Below are positions 20,514 through 31,744 of a DNA stretch of 64,000 bases, piece by piece (position 1 is the stretch's first letter; every line of letters begins with the position of its first letter). The position numbers and the translations under genes were made by a program. Under the pieces are notes generated by a model that saw nothing but the letters and a program-made list of their open reading frames with translations, was not told the origin of the DNA and made no database searches. Origin of the DNA: an uncultured Acidobacteriota bacterium (GTDB lineage Bacteria; Acidobacteriota; Terriglobia; UBA7540); assembly GCA_963804995.1 (NCBI GenBank), contig CAWDSK010000003.1, positions 512,001 to 576,000 on the forward strand. The letters are read 5' to 3'.

Positions 20514-20738
20514 ATGCCGCTCTTTGAATTTAAGTGTCGCGAGTGTGGAACTAAGTTCGAAAAGATCGTTCCCACTTCGTCAACCAAAGTTGTGTGCAAG
20601 CAGTGTAAGAGCCCACGCGTGGAAAAGCTGCTATCAGTGTTTGCTGTGGCGGGGTCGTCGCGCTCTGAGGCCTCCTTCGAATCCGGCCCCTGCGGTGCTT
20701 GCGGAGCGGCGCAACGCGGGATGTGCGGAGTCGAATAA
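20514..20738 (+). CDS. FmdB-family zinc-ribbon protein
   Basis: MPLFEFKCRECG..FE..CKQC..VEKLLS; GGAGG RBS. Confidence 0.88.
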   Translation: MPLFEFKCRECGTKFEKIVPTSSTKVVCKQCKSPRVEKLLSVFAVAGSSRSEASFESGPCGACGAAQRGMCGVE

Positions 20739-20824
20739 TTCTCGCTCCTTTCGTGAGCCCATGGAAGCCACCGACTTCCCCCATTGAGATTTCAGCTTTC
20801 GTCGCGTAGACCCGCGAGCCTAAC

Positions 20825-21665
20825 TTGAATCAGCCACGCATTCCCAACCTGCGTCTCGGCACCTCGAGTTGGTCAAGCGAAGACTGGGTGGGAACCTTCT
20901 ACCCACCCGGCACGCCTCCTGCCGATTTTCTCAGCCACTACGCGCAGCACTTTGACACCGTAGAAGTCGACTCCACCTACTATCGGATTCCCTCTGAGTC
21001 GATGGTCAGAAACTGGCGCGCCCGCACTCCGGCGGGTTTCAGCTTCGCCGCCAAGTTTCCGCAAGTGATCACACACGAAAAGGTTATGCAGGATTGCCGC
21101 AAAGATGTGGAGGATTTCTTGCGCACCATGGCGCTGCTCGAAGACCGCCTGGGGCCACTCCTGTTGCAGTTCCCCTACTTCAACAAGAAGGCGTTCGGGC
21201 GCCTGGAAGATTTTCTCGCGCGGCTCGAGCCTTTTCTCGATGGACTTCCCGAACGTCTTCTCCTATGCGGTCGAGGTGCGCAACAAATACTGGGTCGACG
21301 CGCGCCTACTCGATGCACTCCGCAAGCGGAAAGTGGCGTTTGCCTTAATCGATCACCCCTGGATGACACCCATACCCCCCTTGATGAGCAAGCTGGATCT
21401 GGTCACCGCTGACTTCGCTTACGTCCGATGGCTCGGCGACCGGAAGGGCATCGAAGAAAAGACCCGGCATTGGGACCGCATCATCGTCGACCGCGAACAT
21501 GAAATGCAGACCTGGATTCCGGTGATCCGCCAGCTTCTGAAACGTGGCATCAAGGTCATGGGATACTTCAACAACCATTACGCCGGCTTCGCCCCCGGGT
21601 CGATCGAACTTTTTCATCGCGAATGGGAACGACTGCGCAACGACATGAGCCCCCACAGCGGATAG
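20825..21665 (+). CDS. DUF72 family protein, +1 frameshift near 21249
   Basis: GTSSWS, VEVDSTYY, LLQFP, then YAVEVRN and YFNNHYAG in the next frame; removing one C from CTTCCCGAAC joins them. Confidence 0.85.
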
Positions 21666-21742
21666 AGGCCCAGGGGTGGTCACGACATAACAATTCCGCC
21701 AATCTTGATGAGAGGCGACCACGGTTACGGGAGTCATTGGGA

Positions 21743-22570
21743 ATGCCGTCAATTCGGATGGAAATCAGGCTGCTGAAGGACCCCGACGAGTACCGTCAAT
21801 GCGAGCGACTCCAGAGGCACGCTTGGGGGACGCTCGACGTGGGCGCCGGTGTCCTTACGGCAATGCAGAAGGCTGGTGGGGTCGTCATTGGAACGATTGT
21901 CAACGGTTGAGTGGCAGGTTTCCTCTGTGCGTTTCTCGCCCGTTACGACGGCCGCCTGATTCACTGGTCACACATGATGGCCGTGGAAGCCAGGCTTCGC
22001 AACCAAGGCTGCGGCTTTCGGATGAAACTCCTGCACCGCGAGCTGGCGCTCGAACGTGGCATCAAGTGCATCTGCTGGACGTACGACCCTTTACAGAGCC
22101 GGAATGCCAAGTTGAATATTTCGCGCCTGGGTGGCGTTGTAGAAGAATATACGCCGGACTGTTACGGCCACTTTCCCAGTGTGATCGAAAAGGGCTTGCC
22201 CAGCGATCGTTTCGTGGTCAACTGGCGCATTGGAACCTCGCGTGTTGCGCAGCGGCTCCGCGGTGAAACTCCGCCCTTCGATCTATCGCTCGCACGAGTG
22301 AACGAAACTCGGATGAACACACGGGGCTTTCCGGAGAATCTTAACCTTCAACTCAACCTGACCCATCCGCTTTTGCTGGTAGAGATTCCCGCCCAGACCG
22401 ATCACATGCGGTCGCGCGCTCTGCCATTGGCGCGCCGCTGGCGCCTGGAAACGCGGCGCATCTTCTCGCATTATTTCTCGGCAGGATATCGCGTGGAGGA
22501 TTTCTATCCGCCGGACCCAGCAACCGATGGCAGATGCTTCTATTTGTTGCGCCGCACTCAGCGCCGCTGA
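21743..22570 (+). pseudogene. GNAT-family acetyltransferase with in-frame TGA at 21908-21910
   Basis: CERLQRHAWG..GGVVIG..NG*VAGF..SHMMAV..WTYDPLQSRNA..N all lie in one frame. Confidence 0.75.
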
Positions 22571-22594
22571 AAATCAATTTCACATCCTTAAAAC

Positions 22595-23743
22595 CTACTC
22601 GGGAAAAGGCGCCCCAGCACGGACGATACGAATGCGGTGGTCCGTGTATGAGGAGTGCGAGCCCGGTACTTCAACCTGCTGCATATGGCAGAGCACACAG
22701 TTCTGCTTGCCAACTGGGCAGGGCTTCCCCGGCTGAGCTTTGCTCGACGTTGCGCCAGCCTGCGAGGCGTGACAAGACAAGCACTTGGCGTCGTAGGCCG
22801 CAGTTTCCTGCACGAGAGCACTGTGAGGGTTGTGGCAGAACGTGCACCGGCTGCGCTTGTCGTTGGGATTCCAGCAGCGGCTCTTGGTCAGGCGATAGGG
22901 CTGCGAAAGCACGGTACGGATTCCGCGCAGGGCGCCATTTTTAACGTCCTGAAAATGATGACACTCACCGCAGAACTCCATCTCCTCGTCGGGCTTGAGC
23001 CGCCCGGGATCAAATATCTGCGCATGTTGGAGATTCCCGGCTTTCATGGCCGCAGCGTGCTTCGCTCCAGGTCCATGGCAGGCTTCGCAGGTAATCCCAA
23101 GGGCCAGACGGTCACTATCAAGAGGAGCATCGACGCCGTTCACTGTGCCATGACATCCCAGGCAAGACCGGATGCGGTCAGATGTGAGACGGTCTCCAAG
23201 GGCAGCTTCGAGCGATGGCGCCGTGGCCGTCGGGGGGCTGCCCACAAATAAGAGCTTCCCCATTCCCGAGTAATAACTGACCGGCACCTGGTAGTAGCCA
23301 CCATTGTGCTGAATCAAGTAGCTCTGGTGAACAATCCCCGTCCCCACAGCCAGGACAACGGGCTCCGTGATTTTGCCGTGCGTGTCACTTACCGAAAAGA
23401 GGACCTGCTTGCCCTCATTGCTGATCAAATATGTATAGGGTCCTTGCTCAACGCTTAATGTGGGATGCTGGCGGAGAATAGCCGATTCGGCCGGCCGCGT
23501 GGCGGCATTCGCCATGTCGGTTATCTTTTGCGTTGCATGTATCGCACCGTGACATTCCGCACAAGTCTGCCCGCCGATGTAGTCCGCAGGTTGGGCGGTG
23601 GTACTGTTAGACTTCCAGGTCACATTCTCATCGCCGCCGCGGCTTCGCGCCCAAGCGTGTAAGGGCCCAAACTCGCCCAGAACGCTACTCACTGCAAACG
23701 CGGCAATGGCCAGGATTACAAATCTTCTGCTTGCGATCTGCAT
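22595..23743 (-). CDS. Secreted heptaheme c-type cytochrome (c554-like motif set)
   Basis: Seven CxxCH; YIGGQTCAECH, GITCEACHGPGAKH, TDHRI; signal peptide. Confidence 0.85.
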   Translation of the reverse strand: MQIASRRFVILAIAAFAVSSVLGEFGPLHAWARSRGGDENVTWKSNSTTAQPADYIGGQTCAECHGAIHATQKITDMANAATRPAESAILRQHPTLSVEQGPYTYLISNEGKQVLFSVSDTHGKITEPVVLAVGTGIVHQSYLIQHNGGYYQVPVSYYSGMGKLLFVGSPPTATAPSLEAALGDRLTSDRIRSCLGCHGTVNGVDAPLDSDRLALGITCEACHGPGAKHAAAMKAGNLQHAQIFDPGRLKPDEEMEFCGECHHFQDVKNGALRGIRTVLSQPYRLTKSRCWNPNDKRSRCTFCHNPHSALVQETAAYDAKCLSCHASQAGATSSKAQPGKPCPVGKQNCVLCHMQQVEVPGSHSSYTDHRIRIVRAGAPFPE

Positions 23744-23911
23744 CGAAAAACCCCCGGTATGACGAAATAGTTGAGGTCTCGGAGAAGAAGGTTGACAATC
23801 TCCGCCCAAACCATACGCTCGTTTCCCAATCCGCGTCAACCGTTTCTCCTGTAGGCTTGAATCCCAGCCCACTTCCCAATAGAATCGTGGTCCTCAACAT
23901 GAAGGGATACG

Positions 23912-24364
23912 ATGGAAGTGAAATTCGCGGGAAACGAATCCGTCGCGGAGGCCATTATGCGCCTGCTCCGCAGTGCGTCCGGCTCCATTGACGCGGCGCT
24001 TTATCGCGTGAACCATCCCCGCCTGGTGCAGGTGTTGGAAGAGGCCGTGCAGCGAGGAGTTCGCGTCCGCCTGCTAGTCGACGGCAACAAGTACAATGAA
24101 AGCCGCTCCACGCAGGCCCTTCTCAGTAGTGCCATCATCCCGTTTCGCCTGGCCTATGGCCGGCGGGGGCTCGGTTCTAAGATGCACCACAAGTTCGTAA
24201 TTGTAGATCGGCAGACGGTACTCACCGGGAGCTACAACTGGACCCTGGAATCTGAAAGCGAAAACCATGAGAACCTCGTCATTCTGGAAGGCGGGCAGCC
24301 GGTCGAGGCCTACGCGCGGGAGTTCGAGACCTTGTGGAGTGGCACAGGAAACCTTGACGTGTAA
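23912..24364 (+). CDS. Phospholipase D-like (single HKD) nuclease-domain protein
   Basis: MHHKFVIVD...TGSYNWT...NHEN. Confidence 0.88.
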   Translation: MEVKFAGNESVAEAIMRLLRSASGSIDAALYRVNHPRLVQVLEEAVQRGVRVRLLVDGNKYNESRSTQALLSSAIIPFRLAYGRRGLGSKMHHKFVIVDRQTVLTGSYNWTLESESENHENLVILEGGQPVEAYAREFETLWSGTGNLDV

Positions 24365-24409
24365 GAGTCCGGATGGCGTCTATTCAAATTCTTGTTCGGG
24401 GTGCGACAA

Positions 24410-24958
24410 ATGACCACCAAGGAATCTGATGAGGGCCGGGTGGAACTTCCGGCCAGCTACGAGCTCTACATCATGCGGCATGGGATCGCCGTGGTGCGAG
24501 GTGGTACCACCCTTCTCGATGATGCCAAGCGCCCCCTCACGCCGGAAGGCAAACAGAAGATGCGGGATATTGTTGCTGGCCTCGTGCGCATCGGGTTTGA
24601 CGTGGATTGGATCATCTCAAGCCCCCTGGTGCGCGCGGTGGAAACCGCAGAAATCGTGGGTGAGGCATTGAGTTCGAAGCCTCCTTTGGAATTTTGTGAG
24701 GCGCTCCGTCCCGGCGGATCCGGCGAGGCGCTGATCGCCTTTATTGCCAAGCGGCCCAATCGCCGGCGAGTGCTTGTGGTCGGTCACGAGCCTGACCTGG
24801 GAGAACTGGCAGCAAGACTGATGGGCGCCGGCCGCAACGCCAACATGGCATTCAAGAAGGGGGGGTGCTGCCTGATCACTTTCAATGAATTCCCACCCAA
24901 GTCACCCGGCCGATTGATGTGGTGGCTGCCGCCTCGCATCATGCGAAAACTGGGGTGA
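24410..24958 (+). CDS. sixA: Phosphohistidine phosphatase SixA
   Basis: MRHGIA, RPLT.EG, SSPLVRA.ETA, VGHEP motifs. Confidence 0.9.
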   Translation: MTTKESDEGRVELPASYELYIMRHGIAVVRGGTTLLDDAKRPLTPEGKQKMRDIVAGLVRIGFDVDWIISSPLVRAVETAEIVGEALSSKPPLEFCEALRPGGSGEALIAFIAKRPNRRRVLVVGHEPDLGELAARLMGAGRNANMAFKKGGCCLITFNEFPPKSPGRLMWWLPPRIMRKLG

Positions 24959-25306
24959 CTCATCGACCCTTCGAAAACCCCATGACCGTGGCCGAGCGGC
25001 AACCGCGTGAGCCCTCGAGAGGGAAGGAAGACTTCCGACCGTACATTCCCTACGACCCGACGAGCGAGCCGGCAGCACCGCGGAAGGTTTTACTCCCGAA
25101 GCGCCCCTCGACCCGACAATCCGCTGGCCTGTTGCATCCGCGCGCGTGTCGAGTCAGAATAGGGCCTCGCGGAATTGTCTGGTCATGCGTCATCGAGGTG
25201 AGCGCTGACCGCGAAAGAAACTTCTACAGCTAGCAAGGACCGCGAAACGTCGCTGCCTTAGGGCAGGAACCACCGAGGGCCATCATAGATTGAAGAAGGA
25301 GAAGTT

Positions 25307-25687
25307 ATGAAAGCAGTAGGAGGCGTCCTGGGATTGGTGATCGTAGTCGCGATCATTTGGTTCGTGATGAAGTCGCAGTTCACACAGGGACCCATGGGCG
25401 GGCAGCCCCCCAAGGAGGTCATCGACGTGGTGGGGGTAAAGAACGATCTGCTGGCCATCGCGCAGTCTGAGCGGATGTATCTGGCCAGCCACGGGTCCTA
25501 TGCCTCGATCGAACAGCTTCAACAGGAAGGCTCGTTACTGTTCTCCGGCTCGAACCATCGCGGTTATAGCTTTACCGCGGATGTGGATGGCGGACAGCAC
25601 TTCAAAATTACGGCCGCACCTGCCGACCCCGCCAAGGCCGGATGGCCAACCCTCTCGATCGACGAGACGATGGAGGTAACGCAGTAA
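25307..25687 (+). CDS. Pilin/pseudopilin-like hypothetical protein
   Basis: N-terminal TM; LLAIAQSERMY..HGSYA..L, FKITAAP, LSIDET. Confidence 0.5.
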   Translation: MKAVGGVLGLVIVVAIIWFVMKSQFTQGPMGGQPPKEVIDVVGVKNDLLAIAQSERMYLASHGSYASIEQLQQEGSLLFSGSNHRGYSFTADVDGGQHFKITAAPADPAKAGWPTLSIDETMEVTQ

Positions 25688-25839
25688 AGCCTTGCCCGTG
25701 GTCCGTTGTCCCTGATCCTTGGCAAGCCTTCAGTCCTCAGTTGTAAATAAAGAACCCGAGGAGGAAAGCAGGCTGATCAGCAACGAATGAGAACTGACAG
25801 CAGACCCGGAACCTAGCACACCGAAACCAAGGAGACCCC

Positions 25840-26868
25840 ATGCGTGTCGAAGCGCGAGCCCCAGCGCGAGTTGATCTGGCGGGCGGAACGGTGGACATCT
25901 GGCCGCTCTACCTGTTTCATCCCGGCGCACAAACAGTTAATATTGCTATACGTTGTTATGCCTCTTGTGTGATTGAAACGCGGGCCGACCGGCGCATTGT
26001 CCTGGCCTCGCAGGACCAGGGGTTGCGGGAAAGCTGGGAGAACCTGACCGACCTCTCCCTGGGCAAGTCGCAATTACCGCTGCTCCGTGAGCTCGTGATG
26101 TTTTTTGAGCCGCGCCGCGGACTGAACATTCGCACCAGCTCGCAAGTGCCGGCCGGAGCGGGTCTGGGCGGCTCGTCAGCGCTGAACATCGCCCTGTGCG
26201 GCGCCCTGGCGCGGGTAACGGGCAAGCGCTGCACGCGTGGCGCGATCCTGGAGATTGCCAAGAATGTGGAGGCCATTGTCATCCGCGTGCCCACCGGCTG
26301 GCAGGACTACTTCCCGGCGCTTTACGGTGGCGCCAATTCCGTGCATCTCAAGCGCGACGGGGTAAAAGTCGAACGCCTGCCCCTTCCCTTCCCCGACGTG
26401 GAGAAACGTTTTGTGCTCTGTTATACGGGCCAGCCGCGCAACTCCGCTATCAACAATTGGGAAGTCATGAAAGCCCACATCGACAACGACGAGCGAGTGC
26501 TTAAGAACTTTGACGAAATCACCACCATCGCCAGCCAGATGCGCGAAGCCTTGGTGGCCAGAGATTGGAACGATGTGGCCGAACTCCTGGCGCTCGAATG
26601 GGAGAATCGCAAGCGCAATTTCAAAGGCATCTCCACACCCAAGATCGATCGCATGATCGAACAGACTCGCAAGCATGGGACCCTGGCCGCCAAGGTTTGT
26701 GGCGCCGGGGGCGGCGGATGCGTTGTGTTCATGGTCCGCCCAGGGACCAAACCGGCCGTCGAAGGCGTCCTGACCCGCTTGGGGGGTGAAATCATCAACT
26801 TCGGCATCTCGCGTACAGGCCTGGAAGTTCATGCCGATCCGATGGAACGAACCCGGGAAGTTCGATGA
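25840..26868 (+). CDS. GHMP-family sugar kinase (HddA-like)
   Basis: APARVDLAGG, PAGAGLGGSS, GWQD, KVCGAGGGG. Confidence 0.88.
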   Translation: MRVEARAPARVDLAGGTVDIWPLYLFHPGAQTVNIAIRCYASCVIETRADRRIVLASQDQGLRESWENLTDLSLGKSQLPLLRELVMFFEPRRGLNIRTSSQVPAGAGLGGSSALNIALCGALARVTGKRCTRGAILEIAKNVEAIVIRVPTGWQDYFPALYGGANSVHLKRDGVKVERLPLPFPDVEKRFVLCYTGQPRNSAINNWEVMKAHIDNDERVLKNFDEITTIASQMREALVARDWNDVAELLALEWENRKRNFKGISTPKIDRMIEQTRKHGTLAAKVCGAGGGGCVVFMVRPGTKPAVEGVLTRLGGEIINFGISRTGLEVHADPMERTREVR

Positions 26869-27827
26869 ATTGGGATCAACTCTTTATTGTTGACGACCGC
26901 TTGCGCCCCATCTGGCGCTTCTTCATTTCCGTCATCCTCCTCTTGCTTGCCTACGTGTTTGCCGGAGACTTTGCGGGGTTGGTATTCCGCGCCTTGCGGG
27001 TCCATCCCGAGCCCTTGGTGGGCTTCCTCGCGATAAGTCTGGTGAGCCTGCTTTTGATTCTCACCGCCTTCAAGTTTCTGACAGCGGTTTTCGAGCGGCG
27101 CTCCCTGGGCTCTGTAGGATTGGCCTTTCACCCCCGCTGGGGAATCGAACTCGGTCACGGGCTGGTGTTGGGCGCGGCGATGACCTTCGCCGCCGTCGCG
27201 CTCGAGTGGGCTGGCGGCTGGGCGCGCTTTACCTATGTGCCGCACCCCATGCTGCGGGCAGGGACCTTCACCTTCCTGCTGTTTGCTGTGGCGGCCATCA
27301 GTGAGGAGGCCACCTTCCGCGGGTACCCCTTCCAAAGGCTGGTGGAATCCATCACCCCGGGGTGCGCCATTGCCGTCACCTCCGCCGTGTTTGGTCTTTT
27401 GCATCTAGGAAACCCCCACCACACCTGGATCTCCACCCTCAACACCATGCTGGTAGGAGTCCCCTTCGCTATCGCTTACTTGCGAACGCGCTCGCTGTGG
27501 ATGCCTATCGGGATGCATTTTATTTGGAATTTCCTTCTGGGTTTCGTAGTGGGGCTGCCCGTGAGCGGCCTCAATCTTCCTGGCAGCCTCCTTGAGGCGC
27601 AGGTGCACGGCGCACCCTGGTTGACGGGCGCCGAGTACGGACCGGAAGGCGGCTTGCTGGCAACGGGCGTAATTGTGCTTGCCACGGTGTACGTGATGTC
27701 CTCAAAAGGCATCTATACAACGGAGGAAATGAACGCCCTGGTCTCGGGGCCCCCTCCGCTGCCCAAACCTGATGAGCCGCTCTCGATCTTCGCAACGGCC
27801 GCGGAGGATGAGTCGAAACGAGCCTGA
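26865..27827 (+). CDS. CPBP (CAAX/Abi) intramembrane metalloprotease
   Basis: EEATFRG, FGLLH, HFIWN motifs. Confidence 0.9.
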   Translation: MNWDQLFIVDDRLRPIWRFFISVILLLLAYVFAGDFAGLVFRALRVHPEPLVGFLAISLVSLLLILTAFKFLTAVFERRSLGSVGLAFHPRWGIELGHGLVLGAAMTFAAVALEWAGGWARFTYVPHPMLRAGTFTFLLFAVAAISEEATFRGYPFQRLVESITPGCAIAVTSAVFGLLHLGNPHHTWISTLNTMLVGVPFAIAYLRTRSLWMPIGMHFIWNFLLGFVVGLPVSGLNLPGSLLEAQVHGAPWLTGAEYGPEGGLLATGVIVLATVYVMSSKGIYTTEEMNALVSGPPPLPKPDEPLSIFATAAEDESKRA

Positions 27828-27870
27828 CCCTATGTCTTTCCGGTATGGTGGCCAACCCGCCTGCCTTGAA

Positions 27871-28629
27871 ATGGCCAGCCTCAGCCGGCTCGAACGCTGC
27901 TTGTGGCTGGTCGCTGCCTTGCTGGTGATCCCCGGTGGCTTCTCCAAAGAACCCATGGACCGCAATGCGCGCGAAGATTTGATTCGCGGTTTGCTCAAGG
28001 AAGTGGCGGTGAGCAAAGTCCCCATGCCGCGCGGGAAAAAGGGCTTGCGCGTGGATACCCAGGGGAGGATCGATCAACGCGATGCCGAATCGGAAATCCG
28101 CACCAACGGTATGGCCATTCGTCCCGGCATGCCGGTGGAGATTACTAGAATCGCTTTCAAGTCAGACGAAGTAATTTTCGAGCTCAATGGAGGCGGCAAA
28201 TCCGGAAAAAAATGGTATCAGCACATCGAAATCGGCATGGGAACCCAGACCAGCCCCATCGGTTCGCAGCAACCGCCCACGCTCGCCTATGGGTCATCCA
28301 TCACGGTGGCCTTGGGCAAGTCCTCGCCGGACCTCACCGTCCCCCAGGTAAAGAAAATCCTCGCTGGGGTCCTCGATTTTGAACGTCACTCGCCTACGGT
28401 GCTGTACTCACCCGTCGTTCCACCCAAGGTCAAAGAAGCCATTAAGAAACACGAAGTCCTGGTGGGAATGGACCGCGACGCCGTGCTTTCTGCCAAAGGG
28501 ACGCCGGACCGGCGGGTGCGCGAGACCCGGGACGGGGTCGAGCAGGAGGATTGGATTTACGGAATCCCCCCTCACGTCCTCTTTGTGACCTTCGATGGTG
28601 ACCAGGTTGTGTCGGTAAAGCAATTTTAA
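27871..28629 (+). CDS. Exported hypothetical protein
   Basis: Signal-like N-terminus; C-terminal VGMDRDAV..AKG.P..EDWIYG. Start uncertain. Confidence 0.65.
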   Translation: MASLSRLERCLWLVAALLVIPGGFSKEPMDRNAREDLIRGLLKEVAVSKVPMPRGKKGLRVDTQGRIDQRDAESEIRTNGMAIRPGMPVEITRIAFKSDEVIFELNGGGKSGKKWYQHIEIGMGTQTSPIGSQQPPTLAYGSSITVALGKSSPDLTVPQVKKILAGVLDFERHSPTVLYSPVVPPKVKEAIKKHEVLVGMDRDAVLSAKGTPDRRVRETRDGVEQEDWIYGIPPHVLFVTFDGDQVVSVKQF

Positions 28630-28676
28630 GGGGAAAACCGATTGTTTCCTTCCTCAAAACATGGTGAACTGAACGC

Positions 28677-29801
28677 ATGAAAACTGAACTTCCGAGAATT
28701 GTTTTTGGTCTGACCCTGGGGTTCATCTGTTTAGTCTGCGCTGCCGCCGGGCCCCGCCCCACCAAGCACAATACGGCCCCGGAGGCCTCCACGCCTGGTG
28801 CGAAGACTTGTCCAAGCCCTGAGGAGAGCGCGAAGAGTGTTGCCGAAGAACCCGTGGCCCTGGTAGCCGGGCAGCCCATCTATGAGCGGGACATCGCAAA
28901 TAGGGTTGCGTCACAAGTCCTCCAACTCCACCAACAGGAATATCAGATCAAAAGCAAGGCGCTTGAGGACCTGATTCGCCAGAAGCTCGTCGAAGCCGAA
29001 GCCAAGAAGCGGGGGCTCAGCGTCGACAAGCTGTACGTGGAGGAAGTTGATGCCAAAGTTCCCACCCCGAGCGACGACGAGGTGGAGGGTTACTATCTGG
29101 CCGTCAAGGCTCAGCTCAACCAGCCTCTCCAGCAGGTTAAGCCGCAGCTTCAAAATGCTTTGAAAACACTCAAGACTCAGCAAGCGCGGCAGGAGTACGC
29201 GGATTCCCTGCGCGCCAAAGCAGACGTTGCCGTGCTGCTGCGGCCACCCAAAGTCAATGTGACCTATGACCCGGCCCGCCTGCGAGGAGACCCCAAGGCT
29301 CCCATAACCATCGTGGAGTTTTCGGATTTTCAATGCCCCTACTGCAAGCAGACTGAGGCCACCCTGAAAAACGTACTCAGCAAGTACAATGGCCAAGTAA
29401 ACGTGGCCTTCCGTGACTTTCCCCTGGGACCTGTCCACCCCCATGCGGAGATGGCCGCGGAGGCTGCCCGCTGCGCCGGTGAACAGGGTAAGTTCTGGGA
29501 ATTTCACGACGCGCTGTTCGACGATCAGTCCAAGCTGGATGAGCCCGGCCTCAACGCAACCGCCCAGAAGCTCGGCCTGGATGCGAACTCGTTCCAGTCT
29601 TGCCTGACATCCGGAAAGTACAAGGTCCAAGTCTCGCAGGATGAAGAAGACGGAAAGAAGGCGGGAGTCACCGGCACGCCGGGCTTTTTCGTTGCGGGGA
29701 TCTTTGTCAACGGCGCGCAACCGGAGGCAGAGTTCGACAAAATCATCGATGCCGAATTGGTGGCCCTCAAAAACCAAACCTCCGTGCGGGCCTCCCACTG
29801 A
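28677..29801 (+). CDS. DsbA-family thioredoxin-domain protein with SurA-like N-terminal region
   Basis: IVEFSDFQCPYC, FRDFPL, GVTGTPGFF. Confidence 0.88.
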   Translation: MKTELPRIVFGLTLGFICLVCAAAGPRPTKHNTAPEASTPGAKTCPSPEESAKSVAEEPVALVAGQPIYERDIANRVASQVLQLHQQEYQIKSKALEDLIRQKLVEAEAKKRGLSVDKLYVEEVDAKVPTPSDDEVEGYYLAVKAQLNQPLQQVKPQLQNALKTLKTQQARQEYADSLRAKADVAVLLRPPKVNVTYDPARLRGDPKAPITIVEFSDFQCPYCKQTEATLKNVLSKYNGQVNVAFRDFPLGPVHPHAEMAAEAARCAGEQGKFWEFHDALFDDQSKLDEPGLNATAQKLGLDANSFQSCLTSGKYKVQVSQDEEDGKKAGVTGTPGFFVAGIFVNGAQPEAEFDKIIDAELVALKNQTSVRASH

Positions 29802-29846
29802 GTATATTGTCTTCGAAAAGAGATAATATGCCGCCCTACCTTCACT

Positions 29847-30297
29847 TTTGGGCTGCCGGTAGCCCAAAGGTGTGTTTATCCCATTGACATACACTACTCG
29901 GTTAAGCGCACAATAGAGATGGGGAAGCGTGGCGAAGGCTCCGTCATGGTCCGCAGCATGAGAAGACCCGCGGACGCCATAATCGGGGCATGCGCCACAC
30001 GCTTCCTCCCCTCTGGAGCCTCGAATGTCCTTCCTAAAGCAGACGGTTATCGAGTCTGGCGGAAGTAGTGGCGTTCCAACTGGATTCGCCCTCACAAACC
30101 CGCCGACAAACGTCCGGGAAGGGGCACTGATCGTAGAGATGTTAAAAATGAAGGTCGATCCGGCGATGTGTATGAAAACACAGGAGAAGGGACAAAATGT
30201 CAGGCTATTATTCGAGCCTTTTTGCAGAAAATTCCGGAGTTTTGCGAGAAATGATGACAATCGATCAGGATTGTGGGGCGAGAAAACACGGATTACT
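29847..30297 (+). repeat. Dispersed palindrome-promoter element, uninterrupted copy B
   Basis: Matches 6350-6420 at its start and 8680-8945 at its end. Confidence 0.75.
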
Positions 30298-30444
30298 TCA
30301 TTAATCAAGTAAGCGCGATGAAGGCTGTTTCATGAATTTGGAATTATGGATGCGACATTCTCTTGAAGCCCTTATCGTTTGAGCCTTTTCGCGCAGACAG
30401 TGTAGGGACAATCTGTACAACCGTGCCTTTAGACTTTGACTTAG

Positions 30445-31518
<1,074 letters not shown>

Positions 31519-31744
31519 AAGAGCAGTAGGCAGTAAGCAGTAAGCACTAGGCAGTAGGCAGCGGGCGGCTTTCCGTAGTTCGTGGTCAGTCGTCCGTTGC
31601 CCACTGTCGGACCTGTTTCCCGCAGGCGAACCAAGGTTGGCGAATGGTATCTTGCTCCCCACCAGGGGACCACCCTTGCAACGGACCACGGACTACTGGA
31701 CCCCGTCCAACTCGCTTCACATCCTGATATGAGGAATCATACCT

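Noticed and set aside
28911..30308. 465-aa minus-strand ORF and similar long antisense ORFs (7096-8316, 13415-14521, 42288-43400, 60242-61486)
   Set aside because: Shadows of well-supported genes on the opposite strand in GC-rich DNA; no motifs.
30025..30312. 95-aa ORF in the dispersed repeat (and 8644-8895)
   Set aside because: The frame is not conserved between the two copies; treated as non-coding.
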